A DNA stretch of 64,000 bases, from assembly GCA_051294375.1 (NCBI GenBank), contig CM119265.1, positions 16,498,005-16,562,004 on the forward strand, given 5' to 3'. The notes beneath the pieces were generated by a model that had not been told where the DNA came from, did not search any database, and was given only the letters and a program-made list of their open reading frames with translations. Position numbers and translations under genes: made by a program. The stretch comes from Paraspadella gotoi. Taxonomy: Eukaryota; Animalia; Chaetognatha. Of the stretch, positions 57,014-64,000 are shown in pieces. Numbering within the stretch: position 1 is the first letter of the stretch; each line of letters begins with the position of its first letter.

Positions 57014-58984
57014 TTAAAAAGGCTCGGCCCATCCCCGCCCCCTTCCAAATGCGCCCCGCCCGCGGCCTCGAGGAGGTCGCGAATAGGAATGATGGCCACG
57101 CCGACTGCCTCTTCCCCGGCCAACAGAGATCCCATTGGGAACGTCGGTTTCGCCATTTCCGTCGCCGTTCGTCGTTGCCGCAGATTCTTCGAGGATGAGG
57201 CTGGAGACGGAAACGGGGGCGGATGCGACGCGGTTTAACGTCGTCACCGATGTAGATTCGCCAGGATCAGGAGACGATTCGTAATCGGAAAATCTCGAAT
57301 GATCTTGGCCGAGTCTAAGCTCTTGTTCTTGACCGATCGAAAACAGGGGGCGGGGACCCGTTGTTCTCGGATCACGATGGTGCGCTTCGTTTAATCGGGG
57401 GTGACTGAAATCAGAGTAGTGGCCTTCCCCCTCCAAGTTCCCATGAGACGAGGAATGATGAAAAACCACTTTTTCCCGAAAATTATCCTTAAAGTTCCTT
57501 GGCTTCTGCCGCCTGCGTCGCCTGTTTGGTTCACGAACTGCGTCGGTCTTCGTTAAAGTAGTCGTCGCCGGTATTGGTTCCGAAACGTCGCTTTCTTCGG
57601 CGTCAACGTCAGCAGCGTCGTTACTAGGTGCCACGGCGAACGTAAGTTTAAACTTTCTTCTTTCCTCCTCAACATCAATAATGGCGCCTCTAGCCTTTTG
57701 TCTCTGGAATAGTTTTTCTCTCTCACGCCTCTCTCTTTCGAGTTGAACCTTAAGCTCATGGGGTAAAGGGTCTGAGCCTGAACTAAGTCGGCGGCGCGAA
57801 GGCTTCGGCGCTGGGGCGTTCCTTCTAGAGTTTTTTCCAGAAGGTTCTGGACTCGTCAGGGATTCGAGAAGATTTTCGTTTAACTCCAAGCGACACACGG
57901 GGCAAACCTTCGAAAAGAGTAAACAACATTATTAAAACACTTTAGTATGTTGGACTCAAAGAAGGATCCCTGAAACTGACATCTCATTTGTAAAAAAAAT
58001 TGCAAAATCATTCTTACAACAGAATCAGACTCGGCATCGGGGTTGAGTTTGCGTTTTTCCTGCAAGTCAATCGCATTTTCTCGAAGGCTGTACTCCATGA
58101 ATCGAGACAAGCATTCAACGTGAAAGAAGTGGAAGCAATCAGTACGCAGAAAGTCATCGGTTTCTAAATTAGATAAGCAATTTTAGTTTTAAAGTTAAAT
58201 CTAATGAAAAAAGTCATTTTCTCACCGCTTTCCCGTTCTTCGAAATCACAAAGGCAGATAGCGCAACCACAGGTAGGAATCTTTTGATCCGTGATAAAAT
58301 CTTTAGCGGATTCGATGATCGCGTAAAGAATGGGCGTTCCCCTACCATCCTCGGCCTAACCGCAACAATGGTGAAGTTGTGGCGAATCCTAAATTCGCCT
58401 CCCGTATAGCTTGGTGAAACTCAGCTCGTCCCATTGGCTTGGACAGCTAAGTACTCGTTCACCAACCATGAGTTCCGGGTTCAATCCCCTCACGGTCACG
58501 CTGGTTAAAGTGATGGTCTCGGCATAAACACGCCAGTGACATGGGGTGGTCACTGCAGGTCCAAAGCCCTGAGCGCTAGCTGTCGGGAGAAGCCTCACAC
58601 CCCGGGCATCACACATGTCTCACCGTTACCGTAAGATTTTGTCCTGCGTTAAATCGTTAATGATTCACTAACCTGCGCCCTCAGTTTGGCGAGAATATCG
58701 TTGACCAGAGCGTCGGAGAGTCCTCTGGGGTGGCGAATATCGACAGAGGCCGGAGATCTCGGGTAATCATTGGCAAGAAAAAGAACTAAAGTCAGCGAGA
58801 CGTAGCGATTGGATTTTTCGTGAGCCGTCGCCGGTTCGACTTTGAAAACGACAGAGCGGGACTGAGAGGATGAGGAAGGATCGAATGTGATATCAACATC
58901 GTCTCCATAGATGGCGATTAACGATTCAATCTCTTCAGATGTCGAATTTTCAAGATCGTCATAAATATCATATCCGGTCGCCAT
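57014..58984 (-). CDS. RNF25: RWD + RING E3 ubiquitin ligase
   Basis: RWD domain (EEIESLIAIY, YP...HPRGL), RING CAICL...CFHFFHVEC...CPVCR, then ERER.KLFQRQKARGAIIDVEEE. Confidence 0.9.
58372..58640 (+). ncRNA. tRNA-headed structured element with twister-ribozyme-like core, copy 2, filling RNF25 intron 1 in antisense
   Basis: A-box-like TGGCTTGGACAG (58435) and B-box GGTTCAATCCC (58478-58488). Then UAA-ACAC-GC, hairpin cagtgac/gtcactg, CAGG-UCCAAAGC-CCUG and gggcatcaca. Confidence 0.65.
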
Positions 58985-59083
58985 TTTTTTAATAATTTAA
59001 CAGACTTACTCTAAAACCTTTAAGTCAAAAAAGAAAAAACATGACCAAAAATATTGCTTATATAAAGTAAACAATCGACGAGG

Positions 59084-60036
59084 TCATCGCGCCAAGCCGA
59101 CCATAACGACGTTATCGCCTTTAATAAAAAGTTGGCCAACGTGACGTTTTTGAACTTTTCCTAATTCGATCGTTCGACGAGCAGTGAATCGATTTAAACG
59201 TTTCTCGCTCGAAGGTTGCCACGACGGAAGTTTCGAAGTATGATCTTCTGTTTCCCCTTCTTCATCGCCGCTTTTTTCCTCTTTCTCAGTCCATTCTTTT
59301 TTTCTTCTTCTTCTCTTCCGTTCTCTCTCTCGCTCTTTGTCTCGCGTGCATTTGGGAATGAGAAACTCCTCGTCAACGTCCGCCATCGCCAAGTTCCAGT
59401 GTTTGTCGTAAGCAACGAGGAATCCGCTGCAAATGCCTCTTACGTACACGTGACTGCGCGTCCACACGCGGACGCGATGTCCGTCCTCGACGGCGCGACG
59501 TAAAAGGGACAAGGGACCCTCTTGGTGTTCCTTCATTCGCGTCATGACGTTGCGCTCTGGACGCCGGGGCTTACCAGGGACGAAGCCAGAGGAGGATGAA
59601 TCTTTAAGAACGCGAGAGAGGGTCCGCTCGGGAAGCGCCCCCAACGGCGCCATGCGGCCCTCGCCAGGCTTAAGCGACGGCGCTGCCACCGATTCGGAAT
59701 TCGCACGAGCCTGTAGATAAAAGCGGTTCCTACCTCAAGTTATACCACAGTTTTTCCTTTACCATATTTAGTTCGAAACCTTAAACCTCTAACCTCTTCC
59801 TTGGCTCGGGTTTCCATCTTCTGTCGGTTTTTCTCCTTTTGCTTAAAGAAGGCCTCGCATTCTTTCAACGAGTTGAACTCGTAGTTCACGCTGTTGTCTT
59901 CCTCCGTGTACAAAGCGAGAAGAGGATCAAAGTTTTCCGACAATATGTCCGTCGCGTCTCCGACGCTCGCATTCGCAGTGGAAGTTTCCGCTTTCGCATC
60001 GTCTTTCGTGGACAAACTCTCGGCAGACCCACTCAT
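59084..60036 (-). CDS. LSM11: U7 snRNA-associated Sm-like protein LSm11
   Basis: SENFDPLLALY, RNVMTRM...GPLSLL, GICSGFLVAYDKHWNLAMADVDE and RHVGQLFIKGDNVVMV. Confidence 0.93.
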
Positions 60037-60170
60037 TTGTTTTGAGGAAATAAAGGGAAGGGATATAAATACTGTGGACTATTTTACCAAACAATGAATT
60101 TAACGACGAAATGGAGAAATCACAACATCGACTGACATATAAACTTTTTAATGACGTAATTATTAAATTA

Positions 60171-61587
60171 TTAAATTCCAAAAAACAAATCGCCACCGTA
60201 TCCGTCTCCCTGCTTGCGATCGCAAATGACGAGCATTAACTCGTTTTGTTGCGGAGTCCATCGAGAAAAGACCTCCGCCTGCAAAGCCTTAAGAGACTCA
60301 AAGTCTTTCGACTGCGAGCACATCACCACAGATTGCAGAAGCAAAAAGTCTTCCAACGGGAGATAAGTGTCGACGGATCCATTGACAGCTCCTAAAAACA
60401 GAACGTCCCTCATTAGCCACACAAACTTTAGTGGACCACCAGCTGCTATATTAATTTTAATTATTTTTTTTTCTTTCTTAGTAAAACAAACACCTTTTAC
60501 TGAAGATTTCAAATTCAAATTCTGAACTGGGCTGAGTGCGTCGAGGTCAAGTTCCCACGTGTATTTGTCCAAAAGCGCCGAATGATCCGGATTCAAACGC
60601 TGAAAACATTACAAGGGAAAATTAGCTCACAATCCACTATTACTGGCCCAAAAAAAATTCTTACAGCTGGAATCGGTCTCAGAATAAGGAGAAGCAAAAC
60701 TTGTTCCAACTCCGCTTGAGAACAAAGATCGTGATAAAACCCGAAAGGTTTTCGTCGGCTGGCATCAGTTGAATTGGAAGAACAACCATATTCCAACGAC
60801 ACAGTGGTAATGTCGTGGAGAAAGTTTAAGGCACCCTCGTAATCCTACACCATGAATTTTGAGGTCAAAGAATAGCTTTGTAGACACCAAAAAGGGAGTC
60901 TAAACAGGAAAAACCTTAAGCTTAAGTTTACAATCAGCGACTTTTCTCAACGCCTGCAGCCGGTCGACAGTGTTGAGGGCTTGTAATTCGGCCGCGCGCA
61001 AAAAGTGGTTCACTGCTTCCTCCGTCTTCTCCAAACGCTCGAGGTTATCCCCGAGTTCCACGCACAAAGCAGCCGCTTGAGACGTCTTTGGGAGTGTAAG
61101 TAGAAAGTTGATTAAATGAAAAACTATCAATATCGTATCCTAGTTTTTAAAAAAAATATTAAGACCTGTCTGTTTTCGATGTGAACTCGAACAGCGTGAG
61201 CATAACAGTTGATGGAAGCATTCAAGTTTTCGTCAAACGTAGGGCTGTTTAATGTCTTATAACTCAATTCTGCCTGAAAGAATTGTCGGGCCGCTTCAGC
61301 CAGCGCTTCCGTTTCTCCTAATACCAGTATAAAATTAAGTCAATTTAAACCGAAGAGATTTCTCTTCGAGACATCCTACCGGCTGAATTGGAGAGCGTGT
61401 GTTCGCATCTCGCTTTTGCTAACTGGAAAAAAGCTGAGTAAGAAGGGCATTCTTGCTGTGCCAACTTTTTACTAATGCTGTGAAATTCCTCGGCGGCTTC
61501 GGCGACGTTTGGTTTTCGCAAAAACCGTTTCTTTGAGATCTTCTGATTAATTTGTTTGTACTGCTGCATGTAATCCGTTCTATCCAT
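60171..61587 (-). CDS. F8A1: 40-kDa huntingtin-associated protein (F8A/HAP40)
   Basis: YKQINQKISKKRFLRKPNVAEAAEEF, YSAFFQLAKARCEHTL, AALCVELG, HFLRAAELQ and LLLQSVVM. Confidence 0.85.
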
Positions 61588-61876
61588 AGCTATTACTCAA
61601 GTTTGAAACTATTTCTAGAACGAAAGTCGAGAGTTAATTTAAGAAGAAAATACGGTTGCTACATTATATTGCATGTACACTGAATAATTAAGCTCAGTGT
61701 TCTTTCTAAATCAATAAATCTGTTTCGAAATTGGCATGGATCTCAGTGGAGGCGTGAAAAAATGCGTCAATCCCCGACCAAAACTTTTCGAGAAAGGGAA
61801 ATAATCATGAAAGAGTTCAATTTAGTCATAGATTGACTCCTATTAAATAAGTGAGCGAAGATAAATTAATTTAACA

Positions 61877-64000
61877 CTAGGACGAGTCGGCGAAGTCTTC
61901 CCAGTCTGAGACGACGATTTTGGAGGCTTCACGGACGCCGCTGAGCAAAGCGCCCGTGACAGTCTGAGGATATCGTCTTTGTGTCGCTTCACCAGCAAAA
62001 AAAAGTTTGTCGTTGATGCTTTTCGCCAGAGTGTCGTAGTGACTTCCTAAATCGTTAGATAAAAAGCTACTATTTTACAATATGCTACAATATGTATATT
62101 GTATAGTCCAAACCCGCACCTTCTCCGTGAACTTTGACGAAAGAGTAGGCCATGCCCGCCATGGGGTCGGCAGACCAGCGAGTCACGAGATGAGCGATGG
62201 GGTCAGGGACATCGCAGAACATCCCACGCAAAACACCCAAGCATTTGGCGATGATTTCAGTTTCGGACATCGCCGCCATAGCGTCGACAGCATCCCCAGA
62301 AACCCAAGACATAAGTACGAAAGGACCATCTTCTTTACTCTGTAATAATATTAGTCAGTAAAGACAGGACTTAAGTTAAAAGTCGGGCTACGTTAAAAAT
62401 AGTCTCTTACTTCGTTCACTTTCGGCGAGAGATCGTAAAAAACACCAAACCAGCCGCGATCGCTCTCCGCGGAGGGGATGTGGCCGAAAAAGTCTGCCGA
62501 CCCGACCTTATCCGCCCAGAAGTTTCGTTCAAACCTAAGCGCAACCTTTTCCAATCGGCCGGCGCCCAGTTTGTTAATAGCGTCGAGTTTTTCTTCAGGC
62601 AGCGGCGGACAAAACTCCACGGCGCCGTCTTGCAATTGCCTTAACGGCAGCGTGACTACGACCTTGTCAGCATCAAAAGGACCGTCGGCCGTCGTAACAC
62701 GTACGCCCTCCCCAGAGTAATCGACCGACACAACGCGAGCCCCGAATCGAATGTCCAGCCCGTCGGCCAGTTTTATGAGCAACGCCTGAAATCCGTCGAC
62801 CAAGAGGCAGTGCTCGCCCGCAAACTGATCGTATTGATCGTTGTGATCCCAACTTCGGGCGCTAACGTGGCGGAGGTTCGATCCGCAGGCGTACTCTAAG
62901 TTGGATACGTGAAATAAAAACGCTCGTTGTTCTTGTTCCGTTTCCTTATTGAGCGCCTTGCCCCATTCTTGCATCCTCAAATTAACAAAAAAAATTATTA
63001 AGCATGAAATAAAAATTATTTAAATGGAAGTTACTAATTCAAAACCTTTTTAACAAGCTTTCATCCTCGGCGACCGTCTTCCCTTTTCTCCATTTAGCCG
63101 AATCATCGAGAGCAGAGTTAAAGAGATTGTTGACGCCGTCGTCGACATTGTACTCTAAGAGCTCGCCATTTCGCGCGTCTATTAAATCGCATTTGGAAGA
63201 GTTCATTTCCCTGAGATGAAGACCGGATTGATGACACATAAGCGTCACCGGGTTGTTGACCACACCAACGACAATGTGAGCCCCCTGTCCCACTGGAACC
63301 CCGGTCGTGGAGGTGTCGTCCCAAACGCGTCCGCCGATGCGGTCGCGCCCCTCAATAACAACAACCTCGGAACCAAAGTTGTGAAGTTGGCGAGCGGCGG
63401 AGAGCCCAGAGGGTCCGGCCCCGATAACGACCACCTTGTATCGCCTGAACTTCGAGGGCAGAAACCCATCGTCGGGTTTCGGTAAAATTCCCACATTGAC
63501 GAAGCCTTTGATCGTTAGGAAGATTAGGATTTTTCGAGCCGCCTGGAGACAGTAGACGCGAACGAGACCGCGAACGATCACGTGTTTGGCAATTTCCGGC
63601 ATCGTTAACCACTTGCGAGGCGATAACGTCCACAACGCAACTATTGTGTTTCTCAAGCCAAGATATAAATACTGCGCACGTTCGTATTGGGAAAACGCTT
63701 CCAACTCCCACGGTTCCATGACGTCGGGTCGAATAGCTCGAGCCTTTTGAGATTCAAACGGTTGATAGAAGGGCTGAAGATTATGGTTAACGCCAACCGG
63801 CGTGATGGTAGTCGCCACGGCACCGCCCAAGTGCTTCGTAGGGGAAGTCTGAAGGTAAGGATGGGGAGATCGTTTCGAATCGCCAGATTTTTTAGCTTTT
63901 GATGCGGAGCGTCTTAATTTGGCGCTGGCAAAGCCTTTGGGCCGCTCCGTATCAGAAGGCGTCACCGTCGTCTCTTCGGGCATCGCGCCATTCGCAGAGT
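61877..64000 (-). CDS. KDM1B: Lysine-specific histone demethylase 2 (LSD2), 3' part; 5' end lies beyond the window
   Basis: LQPFYQP, SWIRM ([12 protein letters not shown]), [42 protein letters not shown] and [17 protein letters not shown]; stop at 61877. Confidence 0.95.

Noticed and set aside
58425-58500. Functional tRNA gene
   Set aside because: The acceptor stem and 7-nt anticodon loop are not canonical and no oligo-T terminator follows; it is tRNA-derived only.
58389-58616. 75-aa ORF (and the 71-aa ORF 25042-25257) as proteins
   Set aside because: Both lie within the structured tRNA/twister-like elements and have no protein-like features.
4908-64000. Functional telomere/chromatin cluster (DAXX, SP-RING, ADD-Myb, HDAC11, KDM1B)
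   Set aside because: These genes are scattered among unrelated Golgi, ER and mitochondrial genes, so the co-location is explainable by chance.

Overview
Gene-dense animal (metazoan) nuclear DNA with GC-richer exons and short AT-rich GT-AG introns. The left end holds a head-to-head pair, an FNBP1/CIP4-type F-BAR gene (-) and DAXX (+). From 12024 to the window end (about 52 kb), about 22 genes lie head-to-tail on the minus strand: KDM1B, F8A/HAP40, LSM11, RNF25, IPPK, PPME1, USP5, HDAC11, an ADAR deaminase-only gene, an ADD/PHD+telobox-Myb gene, COG2, NADK2, an NSE2-type SP-RING gene, MAIP1, ALG9, a ZNF143-like gene, orphan ORFs, NDUFAF6, IDUA and LMAN1. Stop-to-start gaps are 50-480 nt and many ATGs are preceded by an unpaired splice acceptor, which suggests a very long SL-trans-spliced operon. 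The only plus-strand gene inside the array, RRM2, is nested in a NADK2 intron. Non-coding highlights are two divergent copies of a roughly 270-nt tRNA-headed element with a twister-ribozyme-like core, two Penelope-type minimal hammerhead relics, and several MITE-like and dispersed repeats. Gene identities come from recognising motifs by eye; no database search was run.
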